This document shows positions 52,408 to 62,427 of a stretch of DNA of 64,000 bases, piece by piece. This DNA comes from an uncultured Candidatus Saccharibacteria bacterium (GTDB taxonomy: Bacteria; Patescibacteriota; Saccharimonadia; CAILAD01; GCA-016700035), in assembly GCA_964454845.1 (NCBI GenBank), contig CAYVVS010000002.1, forward strand, positions 1,465 through 65,464, given 5' to 3'. Below the pieces are notes generated by a model, which was given only the letters and a program-made list of their open reading frames with translations, was not told where the DNA came from and searched no databases. The position numbers were made by a program, and so were the translations under genes. Within the stretch, counting starts at the first letter, position 1, and every line of letters starts with the position of its first letter.

Positions 52408-53622
52408 TTATTCGGTAGCTTGCGGCGTCTCTTCAAGCTTCACATCTACAGTCTGCTCTTTGCCGTCGCGCCAATACGTTACCTTTACCGTATCACCAGG
52501 GCTAAAGCCTACTACCACGCTCTGCAGTGGGTTATCGCGGGTAATCTCTTTATCGTTAATCTTGGTAATAATATCTCCATCTTTCAGGCCTGCCTTTGCA
52601 GCGGGAGATCCAGAAATTACCGCAATTGTTTGCTCATCCCCACGCAACAGCGCACCCTGCTTTACTGGCAAATTGTTGCGCTCAGCAAAGCTATCAGTGA
52701 GCATCACGTAGCGCACACCAATGTATGGACGCACAATCACTCCGCGAGCCTTTACTGAATCCAGCGCACCCTTTACCTGGTTAATCGGAATTGCAAAACC
52801 AATGTTTTGCGCATTCTCACCACTTGCGACAGCCGTATTAATACCAATAATTTGACCGTCGATATTTAATAGCGGTCCGCCCGAGTTCCCTGGGTTAATG
52901 GCTGCATCGGTCTGAAACAAGTTGGTAAGTGTCTCGGTGTTGCCCTGCCCATCAGATGCCTGTACCGGGCGTTGCTTGCCAGAAATTACACCAGTTGTAA
53001 CCGTATTGCTGTACTCACCCAAGGCATTACCAATGGCGATTGCGCGCTGTCCCACTTCCACCTTATCTGAATCGCCAAGCTCGGCGGCCGGAAGCCCACT
53101 GGCCTCTACTTTTACGAAGGCGATATCGTTTGATGAATCAAGTGCCAAAATTTTACCTTCAAACTGTTTGCCATCGGTATTCGTCACCGTGACCGTACTA
53201 GCACCTTGCACCACATGCTTATTCGTAAGAATAAGGCCATCAGCACTTACAATCACCCCCGTACCCGCACCTTGTTGCTGCTGAGCTCCAAAGAAGCTCT
53301 GCACAGTGGTTGAGGTATTAATTGAAACGACACTTGGTCCAACCTTTTTGACTAAATCAATGGTTGCTGAGTTTTCCTGCAATGTTACTTGCTTAGATTG
53401 TTCGATAGCACTTTGCTGCCCGGCCGGCATGAAGCGTACAAAGAGCGCTGCCCCCAACACACCCGCAACAAATGCTAGTAGTACGGTTATTCCCCAACCT
53501 GGTCCTCCACTCGACTTGGCTGCGGGTTTTTTTGTAGCGCCAAAATTAATCGGTGGCGCCGATGATACACTGCTCACATTACTCGTTTTTTCTTTTTTGA
53601 CTGGTTTCGATTCTTCTTGCAT
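52408..53622 (-). CDS. htrA: HtrA/DegP-family serine protease with PDZ domain
   Basis: N-terminal TM. TNKHVV (His), DIAFVKV (Asp), GNSGGPLLN (Ser). C-terminal PDZ. Confidence 0.9.
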   Translation of the reverse strand: MQEESKPVKKEKTSNVSSVSSAPPINFGATKKPAAKSSGGPGWGITVLLAFVAGVLGAALFVRFMPAGQQSAIEQSKQVTLQENSATIDLVKKVGPSVVSINTSTTVQSFFGAQQQQGAGTGVIVSADGLILTNKHVVQGASTVTVTNTDGKQFEGKILALDSSNDIAFVKVEASGLPAAELGDSDKVEVGQRAIAIGNALGEYSNTVTTGVISGKQRPVQASDGQGNTETLTNLFQTDAAINPGNSGGPLLNIDGQIIGINTAVASGENAQNIGFAIPINQVKGALDSVKARGVIVRPYIGVRYVMLTDSFAERNNLPVKQGALLRGDEQTIAVISGSPAAKAGLKDGDIITKINDKEITRDNPLQSVVVGFSPGDTVKVTYWRDGKEQTVDVKLEETPQATE

Positions 53623-53679
53623 TCACGCCTCCGTATCTATATATGCCATCACAAACTGAGAGTCAGCTTAAAGCTTGAA

Positions 53680-54459
53680 CTACATGCCAGTCATAACGAG
53701 CAGCACTATGAGTAAAAACGCACATATCATACCATATTCAACTACCAGCTTTTTGGAAAGTTTACGTTGCGAATGAAGTAAGAGCATACTGCCCCACGCA
53801 TACGCAATAACCGCCAAAAATAGCGCCGTGCGCGAAACCACCAAGAGCGTAGACGGAAGCGTGTAAAACACCAGAGCCACGCTGCCCAGTAACAACATCT
53901 CGACTGCAATCAGCGACCACACTGCCGCCAAGAATGAATTATGATACCCCACGCGCTCCAGCCAATAATGCACAATTATATAGTTAACAACCCAAGCTAA
54001 GATAATTGCGACAAATCCGGCTGTAACATCTTGGTTGAGCAGGAGCACCCAGGTAGTATTTACCAGCAATAGCACGATTGCTGTAAAACCGGTTTGCGCA
54101 TGCGCCGCTTGAGTCCTGAACTGCATGAGCAAATAGCGAATTTGCAAAAGGAATACGACGATAAGGAACGTTGCCTGCTGCCAAAGCGGCACATCGTACA
54201 CCAGTTGCAAGAGACCGATGTAGAGCTGACCAAACAACACGAGAATTACCGGCTCTAGTGAACGCGTAAACACAATACGAGCCGAGCGCTGCACTAAAAG
54301 GCGCGCAACCGTACTAATTGTAACGGCTACGGCGGCTACGGCCGCAAGCCACGCCCAAACACCACCCAGCATAGTAAGGGCCAGTGCTACCGATAGGCCC
54401 AAAATATGCGCGATCAATATGCGCTGCGAAGGTGTGAGAAATTTCCCCCTACGAGCCAC
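53680..54459 (-). CDS. Polytopic membrane protein (259 aa), function unknown
   Basis: About 8 hydrophobic spans. No motif recognised. Confidence 0.55.
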   Translation of the reverse strand: MARRGKFLTPSQRILIAHILGLSVALALTMLGGVWAWLAAVAAVAVTISTVARLLVQRSARIVFTRSLEPVILVLFGQLYIGLLQLVYDVPLWQQATFLIVVFLLQIRYLLMQFRTQAAHAQTGFTAIVLLLVNTTWVLLLNQDVTAGFVAIILAWVVNYIIVHYWLERVGYHNSFLAAVWSLIAVEMLLLGSVALVFYTLPSTLLVVSRTALFLAVIAYAWGSMLLLHSQRKLSKKLVVEYGMICAFLLIVLLVMTGM

Positions 54460-54461
54460 GA

Positions 54462-55838
54462 CTAATTTCCTGCCTGATTTTTCATATCATTTCCTACTAC
54501 TAGTGTAATGCCTGAACCACGCGAAGTATCCTCTTTTGCCGTAAGTTTATAGCGAGCCTCCAAATAACGCCGCGTATATTTTGCCTTACCGACAGTACCA
54601 TCAATCAACTCTGATGTTGCTTGCGGCGTAGCTTTCTGGACTTCTACAACCGTATAACGATAGCCTTTGAGCTTATCAGCAATGGCCCCCGAGATATTAG
54701 CTTGCGACGATGCGTTCACGATAGTTACAGGAATATTTTCTTCCACAATATGGCGATCAAAAAATAGACTATGAGCAAAATCTTGAATTGGCCCGAATTT
54801 CCCATCACCACCCACAGGAATCACAACGCTCGCTCCGGCAATATTAGCGGTTTGTACTAACTTTTCTTCTTCTGCATCAACCACCTTAGATCGTACCTTG
54901 CTGGTATCGACATCCTTGAGTATCTCAGCCAGACGAGTAAGCTCTTCGGTTGAGAGATCGGTGCGAACATGCGAGCCAATCGTGTCAATCATGCCGGCCA
55001 ATTTGGCTGGATTTGTCAGCGTAGACAACTGAAGGGCCTTTGTACGCATCGCCATAAGCACCTCTTGTTGGCGGCTGGCTCGACCAAAATCGTTACCACA
55101 GTTTCCCTTGCGACAGCGAGCATATTTTAGCGCCGTTGCACCATTCATCGTTTGCGTGCCTGCTTTAATCGAGAAGCCACAGGCTCGACGTTCATCTTTT
55201 TCGCACGGGTATTCAGAGTCGGAGAGCGGTGTCGCCACATCAATAGATACTCCGCCCAAAACGTCTACAGCTTTTTTAAAACCAGTAAAATCGACCCTCA
55301 CATAATTATGAATAGGTATATCTAAAACGTTCCCGGCCACTTCTTTAGCAAGGTTTGGCCCCTCGCCGGCTTTTTGCATCTCGCCAAAAGCGTGAGCAGC
55401 GTTAATTTTGTTTTTTCCGTTCTTCGGAATTGGCACATAGAGATCCCGCGGCAGCGACAACATTGCCACATCTTTTGTCTCTGGATCGATACTCGCGACT
55501 ATCATGGTGTCAGCCAGCGTCGAACCGGCATGACCTGCGTCGCCAACTCCCAGCAGTAAAATATTTACCCGACCCTCGGCCTCAGTCTTAGAATCGAATT
55601 CAGTATCTTTCTTTGTGAGCACCTCGGTAGACACGCCAGTGTGGCGCTGTACGACAGATTTATACGCGTACAGGCTTTTAGCTAGCAATATGGCCGGAAC
55701 CATCAGGACAGCTAGCACAACAATGGCAGTAATTATTTTTGAACGACGAGAAAAACGACGCTTGCGAAAAGACGTGTACGATCCGCTCTGAGCTGCCGGG
55801 TGATTATCTGGATTTTCAGGGCGTCTCTTACGTAGCAT
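54462..55838 (-). CDS. LytR-CpsA-Psr (LCP) family cell-wall polymer ligase
   Basis: N-terminal TM, then VNILLLGVGDAGHAGSTLADTMIVASIDPETKDVAMLSLPRDLYV, the typical LCP core. Confidence 0.9.
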   Translation of the reverse strand: MLRKRRPENPDNHPAAQSGSYTSFRKRRFSRRSKIITAIVVLAVLMVPAILLAKSLYAYKSVVQRHTGVSTEVLTKKDTEFDSKTEAEGRVNILLLGVGDAGHAGSTLADTMIVASIDPETKDVAMLSLPRDLYVPIPKNGKNKINAAHAFGEMQKAGEGPNLAKEVAGNVLDIPIHNYVRVDFTGFKKAVDVLGGVSIDVATPLSDSEYPCEKDERRACGFSIKAGTQTMNGATALKYARCRKGNCGNDFGRASRQQEVLMAMRTKALQLSTLTNPAKLAGMIDTIGSHVRTDLSTEELTRLAEILKDVDTSKVRSKVVDAEEEKLVQTANIAGASVVIPVGGDGKFGPIQDFAHSLFFDRHIVEENIPVTIVNASSQANISGAIADKLKGYRYTVVEVQKATPQATSELIDGTVGKAKYTRRYLEARYKLTAKEDTSRGSGITLVVGNDMKNQAGN

Positions 55839-55916
55839 AAGGATAGTATATAGGAGGCACGTAGCTTTTGAAATGTACAGTGCAGGAACGAGCAGACTCA
55901 GTTATACTGGATATGT

Positions 55917-56789
55917 ATGGCAAGCCAAGAACAACCAAACGGAGCGCCGGCTTCAAATCCTCAGCAGGTCGGTGGGGCCGTTCCCCCTACGACAAACCCT
56001 AATGAAGTGCCAATTAGTCAGCTCTCTAAACCAACGCCCCTTTCTGAGGGTGTGGCTAGCACACCGCAAGCTACCATCATACCGCCACCCGCTCCAGCGC
56101 ACGCACAAGCCGAGGGAAATCCCACCCCGGGATTCCCCCCAGAAGAACCTTCTGCTGGTGACAGCCAAGACGACACCGAGCCAGAAAAGCCCATGTGGCG
56201 GCGAATTGTTAATTTTCTCATTTCTTGGGTACTCATCCCGGCCGGGCTCGTTTTTATCGTACACAATTTTATCTTTCAAGCTTGGTATGTCGATGGCCAG
56301 TCTATGGAACCTTCCTTCCAAAACGGTAACTACCTAATTGTTTCGAAGTTTGATGTGAGCTGGAAAAAGCTTACTGGACAATCGACGAATTTAGACATTC
56401 AACGAGGCGACGTTGTAATCTTTAATCCGCCAGATTTTCCGACCGACATTTACTTCATTAAACGGGCCATTGGACTGCCGGGAGAACGCGTGGTGGTAAA
56501 AAATGGTACCGTAACCATCTTTAATAATCAAAACCCAACCGGAGTAACATTGTCCGAGGCCTACGTTGGCGGCATTGCGCTTGAAGGCGACGTCGACGTC
56601 ACAGTTGATAAGGGCGAGATATTCGTACTCGGCGATAATCGCAACCCACAGGCAAGCCAGGACTCACGCTATTTTGGTCCTATTCCAATGAATCGCATGA
56701 TTGGAACAGCCGCATTGAGACTCCTGCCGGTTTACGAATTCGGTCAGATTGCTCACCCACAGTACAACCTTTCCGCAGCTACTCAATAA
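55917..56789 (+). CDS. lepB: Signal peptidase I
   Basis: GQSMEPSF (Ser), IKRAIGLPGE (Lys), GDNRNPQASQDSRYFGPIP. Pro-rich N-terminal extension. Confidence 0.9.
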   Translation: MASQEQPNGAPASNPQQVGGAVPPTTNPNEVPISQLSKPTPLSEGVASTPQATIIPPPAPAHAQAEGNPTPGFPPEEPSAGDSQDDTEPEKPMWRRIVNFLISWVLIPAGLVFIVHNFIFQAWYVDGQSMEPSFQNGNYLIVSKFDVSWKKLTGQSTNLDIQRGDVVIFNPPDFPTDIYFIKRAIGLPGERVVVKNGTVTIFNNQNPTGVTLSEAYVGGIALEGDVDVTVDKGEIFVLGDNRNPQASQDSRYFGPIPMNRMIGTAALRLLPVYEFGQIAHPQYNLSAATQ

Positions 56790-56800
56790 GTACTCTATTA

Positions 56801-57709
56801 CTAAACGAGTGTTTCGCCAGTAATCTCTTCGTATATTCGGGCGAGCTCTTCCTGCGAGAAAAAACGCACCACAAGCCGACCGCCCTGAGCGTTGTTTAAC
56901 ACTTCTACCTTGGTTCCAAGCTGCTTGCCAATGCCATCAATAACCGAGCGGTAATCTGAATTTTTCTTTTCAACCCGCTTTGAAACAAGTTCTTTATCTT
57001 GCTTCCAGTTACGCGCAATCTCTTCTGTCTGACGAACTGTCATGTCACTTTCCGTAATCATACCAAGCATCTTAAGCTGATCTTTGGGGTCTTCAATTGT
57101 CAGAATGGAGCGAGCTTGGCCCTCGAGTATTTTGCCTTCTTGCAAGGCTTTTTTGGCTTCATATGGCAATTTAAGGAGTCGGAGGATATTCCGAACTGTT
57201 GGCGCAGCTTTACCGACACGCTTGGCAATTGCCTCGGTTGTCAGGTTGAACTGATCAATAAGTTTTTGATAGGCCACAGCGAGCTCAAGTGGCGACAACT
57301 CAGCTCGTTGTATATTCTCAATCACTGCTACCTCAAGCTGTTGTTGCTCATCAAAGCTCCGCAGAATAACCGGTACAGTTTTCTTACCCGCAAGCTTAGA
57401 AGCACGCAAGCGTCGCTCACCCGCAATCAGCTGAAAACGATCACCTTGCCTAGTGACAACCAGCGGCTGCACGACACCGTGCTGCTTGATGGAGGCGGCC
57501 AGATCAGCAAGATCTTCATCGCCAAACTCTTTGCGTGGCTGGAATGGATTAGGATCAACTAAATCAACCGAAATTTTATGTACGGCATCTTCACTCTCTA
57601 AATGAAGAGTTTTCGACACCTCTTTACTGGCAAATTCATCAACCTCTGTTGGGATTAGGGCATCTAGGCCACGACCCAATCGACTTGGCTTTGAAGCTTT
57701 AGCTGACAC
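56801..57709 (-). CDS. parB: Chromosome partitioning protein ParB
   Basis: Trimmed to GTG 57709 (VSAKASKPSRLGRGLDALIP...). LIAGERRLRAS arginine patch and an HTH region. Confidence 0.9.
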   Translation of the reverse strand: MSAKASKPSRLGRGLDALIPTEVDEFASKEVSKTLHLESEDAVHKISVDLVDPNPFQPRKEFGDEDLADLAASIKQHGVVQPLVVTRQGDRFQLIAGERRLRASKLAGKKTVPVILRSFDEQQQLEVAVIENIQRAELSPLELAVAYQKLIDQFNLTTEAIAKRVGKAAPTVRNILRLLKLPYEAKKALQEGKILEGQARSILTIEDPKDQLKMLGMITESDMTVRQTEEIARNWKQDKELVSKRVEKKNSDYRSVIDGIGKQLGTKVEVLNNAQGGRLVVRFFSQEELARIYEEITGETLV

Positions 57710-58454
57710 GTGAGAGTACCTCCTTTGCAAGAGCCTTATACGCTCTAGCCCCCTTACTGAACCGATCATAATCTACTATTGCTTTGGCATGACTAGGTGC
57801 CTCGGCCAAGCGAACATTCCGCGGTATTACTGTCGAGCATACCATATCTGGAAAATGCTGCTCCACTTCTTGCGCCACCGCCTGCGAAAGCGAAGTCCGG
57901 GCCGTGTGCATTGTCAGCACTACTCCAACCAGCTCTAAATCCGGGTTAAGCGCCTGCTTAACGCGCTGTACTGTTGCCAGTAGTTGCCCGAGTCCCTCCA
58001 GCGCATAATATTCGGCCTGCACCGGAATGAGGAGACGATTAGCAGCCGTAAGGCCGTTTACGGTCAGTAAGCCGAGCGACGGCGGGCAATCAATCAGAAC
58101 AATATCATAAGGTGCATTCGCGAGCGCCAGCTTAAGCCGTGACTCGCGCTGATCAATCTTGGTAAGCTCCACTTCCGCCGCCGCCAAAACAGCACTAGCA
58201 GGGATAATTGACAGGTTCTTGTAATGCGTCTTATGCGTAACGCTAGCAAGCGGCACACCTTCAACCAATACGTCGTAGAGCGAATGCTGTAAGCGCTGCT
58301 TATCGATGCCTAGACCCGAGCTGGCATTCCCTTGCGGATCCAGATCAACAATCAACACTCGCTTACCGGCCTTAGCTATATATGCACCAAGATTAACCGT
58401 AGTGGTCGTTTTGCCAACACCACCTTTTTGGTTTGCAACCGCAATAATCACCAC
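57699..58454 (-). CDS. parA: Chromosome partitioning ATPase ParA/Soj
   Basis: Deviant Walker A NQKGGVGKTTT, and DCPPSLG. Confidence 0.95.
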   Translation of the reverse strand: MVIIAVANQKGGVGKTTTTVNLGAYIAKAGKRVLIVDLDPQGNASSGLGIDKQRLQHSLYDVLVEGVPLASVTHKTHYKNLSIIPASAVLAAAEVELTKIDQRESRLKLALANAPYDIVLIDCPPSLGLLTVNGLTAANRLLIPVQAEYYALEGLGQLLATVQRVKQALNPDLELVGVVLTMHTARTSLSQAVAQEVEQHFPDMVCSTVIPRNVRLAEAPSHAKAIVDYDRFSKGARAYKALAKEVLSRVS

Positions 58455-58540
58455 GTTAATTTGTCTCCACCCTCGCTATACTTCATTACAGCTTATTATA
58501 GCAAGAAACTACCCCATCTTAAGCATTTCTAGGTCAACTA

Positions 58541-58569
58541 TTTACATTTCGCTGCAAACCTGATAGAAT
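58541..58569 (+). promoter_or_regulatory. Predicted promoter of rplU
   Basis: TTTACA-17 nt-TAGAAT with an extended -10 TG (ctgaTAGAAT). Confidence 0.55.
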
Positions 58570-58599
58570 ACTACATTGTTGTCCTAAACGAGAAAGAAT

Positions 58600-58905
58600 A
58601 TGTTAGCAGTAATTCAAGCCGGAAATCACCAATACCTCGTCGAAAAGGGTCAGACTATCGAGACTGAACTCTTGGGCGAAGAAAAAAGCGTCACTTTTGA
58701 GCCGCTTTTGGTAGTTGATGGCGACAATGTAAAGGTTGGCACGCCTCATGTTGCCGGTGCAAAAGTAGTTGCCTCTGTGCGTGCTGCAGACAAACAGTCT
58801 GATAAAGTTCTCGTACTGAAGTATAAGGCCAAGAAGCGCCAAAAAACTATGCATGGCCACCGTCAGCATAAAACCGTGCTGGTAATTGACTCAATTACAG
58901 CCTAA
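58600..58905 (+). CDS. rplU: 50S ribosomal protein L21
   Basis: MLAVIQAGNHQYLVEKGQTI...KYKAKKRQKTMHGHRQHKT, canonical L21. Confidence 0.95.
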   Translation: MLAVIQAGNHQYLVEKGQTIETELLGEEKSVTFEPLLVVDGDNVKVGTPHVAGAKVVASVRAADKQSDKVLVLKYKAKKRQKTMHGHRQHKTVLVIDSITA

Positions 58906-58924
58906 CAATCTGGCATGTGCTGGT

Positions 58925-58950
58925 AAAAACACCCCGTCTGGGGTGTTTTT
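58925..58950. terminator. Intrinsic terminator after rplU
   Basis: aaaaacacccc-gtct-ggggtgttttt. Confidence 0.8.
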
Positions 58951-58952
58951 GT

Positions 58953-60335
58953 TTACTTACAATCGCTTGGTGGCTGGGTGCCAGTAAAGACTGCTTTCAT
59001 CCAATTAATCGTGTCGTTATAACTCCGTGTCATAGTAGTGTAATGGGTGGCATCAGCATAACGCTTATACGTCACTATATTGCCCAGCTGGCACAAACGA
59101 GTAACGGCATCCTGAGACTGAGCGGGCAGCACTACATTATCGAGATCACCGTGAAAAATTGCCTTTTTACTGGCTGTTTTCGTGTCGGCAGTCAGATTCT
59201 CTTGCATGCGCTGATCAAACACTTTGGAAACCGATGCAACCGAGCCAGTTTTCATCGCAGCAATAAACTGTGGCGTATACACTCGATTAATATCTTTGTT
59301 GCCCCAATAGGTAATGTTGGTATCAATACAATTCTTAGAAATATCATTCGCCAGATTACTAGAAAATGGCGGCATGAGGATCCTATCAACCGGGTAGCTT
59401 TCTTTATACCAATCGGTATAGCTGTAGAGTACATATGGCCCAAACCACAATAGGTTAGCCCCTTGCGTCGTGTCGGTAAGTGTACGCCGCACGTCCGTTA
59501 CCGGCCCAAAACCAATAACGCCTTGAATTTTAATTTCTGGTGCATACGTAGCAGCAATCTCATCGGCCCAATAAGCAGCATGACCACCCTGGGAATACCC
59601 GCCCACAATTACCTGCTCGGTGGCTATGCGGTCTTTCGTGAGCGGTAAATTACCAAGCGCCCGCACGGAGTCAAGCACCGCCCTGCCCTCCAAAGCACCA
59701 ACCATATAATGATGCATGCGAGTCTGGTCACGCATACCTTCGTAGTCGGTAATCACCGTAGCATACCCTTGGGCCGCATAAGATGCCATGTGGCTTGGAT
59801 AGTTCCCCCAGGCTCGCTTAGAAGACTGTTCCACCGAAGCCGCACACTGATCGTCTATGCCAGTAGTCCCGGGAGCGAATGCAAACACCGGCAGACCTTC
59901 CGTTGCGCCAGTGGAAGGCATAAATACCCGCGCATATACCTGTACGGTCTGGCCATTCGTGTCAGTCATAGTGTACCTAAAGGTTTGTGTTTTTACAGCA
60001 GTTGCAGGCCCCGTGTAGCCCTTATTTGTTTGGCGTATTAGCTGCAGTGTCTGCTCTGATGTGTAACTTACCACCTCCCCTTGTTCAGTCACTTTGCCGG
60101 CAGAAATTTCTGTCTTTTTATTGGGCGCTTTATTTTGTGTTGTAGTCGATTGTCGATGAACTACTTGAGTACCACTCAACAGTAGCCAGGCTATACCGAG
60201 TGCCAGAATAATGAGTACATACACCAACCAGCGATGAGCTTTACGAGGCCTTGGTTTATCACGCCTTGGAGCCGACTTACTGGGAGCCTCATAGCCTCGT
60301 AAGTACACATTCCGCTTCGGCAAGAATTTCTTCAT
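58953..60335 (-). CDS. Secreted alpha/beta hydrolase, secretory-lipase (LIP)-like
   Basis: N-terminal TM/signal, nucleophile elbow GYSQGGHAA, and an overall LIP-like layout (YEGMRD..., ALEGRAVLDSVRA). Substrate unknown. Confidence 0.65.
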   Translation of the reverse strand: MKKFLPKRNVYLRGYEAPSKSAPRRDKPRPRKAHRWLVYVLIILALGIAWLLLSGTQVVHRQSTTTQNKAPNKKTEISAGKVTEQGEVVSYTSEQTLQLIRQTNKGYTGPATAVKTQTFRYTMTDTNGQTVQVYARVFMPSTGATEGLPVFAFAPGTTGIDDQCAASVEQSSKRAWGNYPSHMASYAAQGYATVITDYEGMRDQTRMHHYMVGALEGRAVLDSVRALGNLPLTKDRIATEQVIVGGYSQGGHAAYWADEIAATYAPEIKIQGVIGFGPVTDVRRTLTDTTQGANLLWFGPYVLYSYTDWYKESYPVDRILMPPFSSNLANDISKNCIDTNITYWGNKDINRVYTPQFIAAMKTGSVASVSKVFDQRMQENLTADTKTASKKAIFHGDLDNVVLPAQSQDAVTRLCQLGNIVTYKRYADATHYTTMTRSYNDTINWMKAVFTGTQPPSDCK

Positions 60336-60337
60336 AG

Positions 60338-60850
60338 CTACAATACATGCTCCATTATCACCATATCCACTCCCCCAACCAGTCCAGCAACATGCCGTAA
60401 GGGCACAAAGCCATACTTTGCGTAAAACCCTTCTTTGTCATATGTAACCAGCTCCAATGCTGTCATATTTCGCAGACGACACTGCTCAACAGCTGCCCGC
60501 AAGAGCCTCTCTCCAGCTCCAATACCTCGAAAGTCTGGATCCACATACATCCAAAAAATATACGCCCTATCTAACTGAAAACGCAGTAGGCAATAGCCGA
60601 TGTCTTGTGCGTCATGCGCTAAAAGCAAAAAGTGAGCCTTAGGAGAAACGTGTGCCTTAAACAGTCTCAGTAAGTTATGCTGACGACGTAATTTTGCCCG
60701 GTATTCATCCGGAAAATACGTAAACGAATCATCGACCGACTGGATAAACAACTGATGCATCGGGGTGATATCCCGAAAACCCATTTTGCGCACAGTAAGC
60801 GACTCCTCCAAAGTAGCTCCTGCGGGAGCTAACTGAGCAACCCTCGGCAC
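60338..60850 (-). CDS. GNAT-family N-acetyltransferase
   Basis: VDPDFRGIGAGERLLRAAVEQC (acetyl-CoA motif A). Confidence 0.8.
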   Translation of the reverse strand: MPRVAQLAPAGATLEESLTVRKMGFRDITPMHQLFIQSVDDSFTYFPDEYRAKLRRQHNLLRLFKAHVSPKAHFLLLAHDAQDIGYCLLRFQLDRAYIFWMYVDPDFRGIGAGERLLRAAVEQCRLRNMTALELVTYDKEGFYAKYGFVPLRHVAGLVGGVDMVIMEHVL

Positions 60851-60851
60851 G

Positions 60852-61451
60852 CTACCCTACCACTACTTTATTGCGCCCCGTATCTTTCGCCTTATACAAA
60901 GCATCATCCGCCGCCTTGAGCGTCTGGTGAATATTGCGTACGGGAGTGAGCTCAGCCACCCCAAGACTCGCAGTTACCTTCAAAGACTGTTCGCCGACCA
61001 GAAATTCATGCTCCTCAATCATCAGGCGTAAATCTTCGGCTATTCGCTCAGCATGCTCGGTAGTAGCCCCAGGTAAGCCAACTACGATTTCTTCACCCCC
61101 ATATCGACCAACAATATCAAGTTGCCGCACCCGACCACGCAGCAAATCTGCTGTCTGCCGCAGCACCTCATCACCAGCATCGTGTCCGTAGGTATCGTTC
61201 ACCTTTTTAAAATGATCAATATCAAGAAAAATTATCGTGAGTGATTTAATAATCACCGACCGCCGCTTATCTGGATGCTTGTACTGATACATCACTTCAC
61301 TAGCGATAGCCTCCAGATACTCCATGAGACCGCGACGATTAAATATCTGCGTGAGCTCATCGGTAACTAGACGTTGATGCAGCTCACGAACTTGAGCTTG
61401 CAGTGCCGCGATACGCTCTTTATATACTTTTATATCATCGGCTTGCGACAT
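60852..61451 (-). CDS. GGDEF-domain diguanylate cyclase with short N-terminal coiled coil
   Basis: DIDHFKKVNDTYGHDAGDEVL and RYGGEEIVV (a GGEEI variant of GG[D/E]EF). Confidence 0.8.
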   Translation of the reverse strand: MSQADDIKVYKERIAALQAQVRELHQRLVTDELTQIFNRRGLMEYLEAIASEVMYQYKHPDKRRSVIIKSLTIIFLDIDHFKKVNDTYGHDAGDEVLRQTADLLRGRVRQLDIVGRYGGEEIVVGLPGATTEHAERIAEDLRLMIEEHEFLVGEQSLKVTASLGVAELTPVRNIHQTLKAADDALYKAKDTGRNKVVVG

Positions 61452-61458
61452 AGCTCGG

Positions 61459-62382
61459 TTATTCCTGACTTGCTAAATAATGTTCAACCTCTAAGGCGGC
61501 CCTACAACCATCTCCCGCAGCAGTGATTGCCTGACGATAACGTTTATCGGCTACATCACCAGCCGCAAAAATACCCTCAACATTCGTAAAAACAACATCT
61601 CTAGCCGCAACGTAGCCTTTTTCATCCAGATCAATCATCCCCTTCAAGAATCCTGTTGCTGGAATATGTCCTATCGCCACAAAAAGCCCTTCGCAATCTA
61701 ACTCTTGTTTTTCGTCAGTCTGCAGGTTGGTAATCTCGACGCCAGACACCATATGCTCGCCAAATACATCAGTCACGGCACTATTCCAGATAAAATCTAT
61801 CTTGGGATGCTGCTTTGCGCGTTCTTGCATAATCTTGCTAGCCCGAAGAGTATCCCGCCGATGAACAACCGTCACTCTATCGGCAAACTTTGTAAGCGTC
61901 AGGGCCTCTTCCATAGCAGTATCGCCGCCGCCAACTACTACCACGCGCTTACCTTGAAAGAAATAGCCATCACAAGTAGCACAAGCCGATATACCCTTAG
62001 CCATAAGTCGAGTTTCGTTCTTCAAGCCAAGCCAGCGTGCCTGGGCACCAGTAGCAATAATAATTGTCTTTGCCTGCACCTTTTCTCCACCCCGCGTGTA
62101 GACGACATGAGGCTTACCTGGCTCAATCTTGTCTATAAACTCACTCACCATCTCAACATCAAAACGCTCGGCCTGAGCTTTCATCTCCTCCATAAGTTCT
62201 GGACCCATAATACCGTCTCTAAAACCAGGAAAATTCTCGACTTCGCTAGTTAACAGCAGTTGTCCACCAGGAACATCCCCCGCATAAATTGCCGTCGAGA
62301 GAGATGCACGTGCAGTATAAATTGCAGCCGTATACGCCGCTGGACCACTGCCAATAATTAAGACATCAAAAACTTTGCTCAT
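61459..62382 (-). CDS. trxB: Thioredoxin-disulfide reductase
   Basis: Trimmed to ATG 62382 (MSKVFDVLIIGSGPAAYTAAIY...). CATCDG redox centre. Confidence 0.95.
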   Translation of the reverse strand: MSKVFDVLIIGSGPAAYTAAIYTARASLSTAIYAGDVPGGQLLLTSEVENFPGFRDGIMGPELMEEMKAQAERFDVEMVSEFIDKIEPGKPHVVYTRGGEKVQAKTIIIATGAQARWLGLKNETRLMAKGISACATCDGYFFQGKRVVVVGGGDTAMEEALTLTKFADRVTVVHRRDTLRASKIMQERAKQHPKIDFIWNSAVTDVFGEHMVSGVEITNLQTDEKQELDCEGLFVAIGHIPATGFLKGMIDLDEKGYVAARDVVFTNVEGIFAAGDVADKRYRQAITAAGDGCRAALEVEHYLASQE

Positions 62383-62427
62383 AACAACCATTATACGTGA
62401 GATGCAGTACGCTCGGCTAGACGCCAA

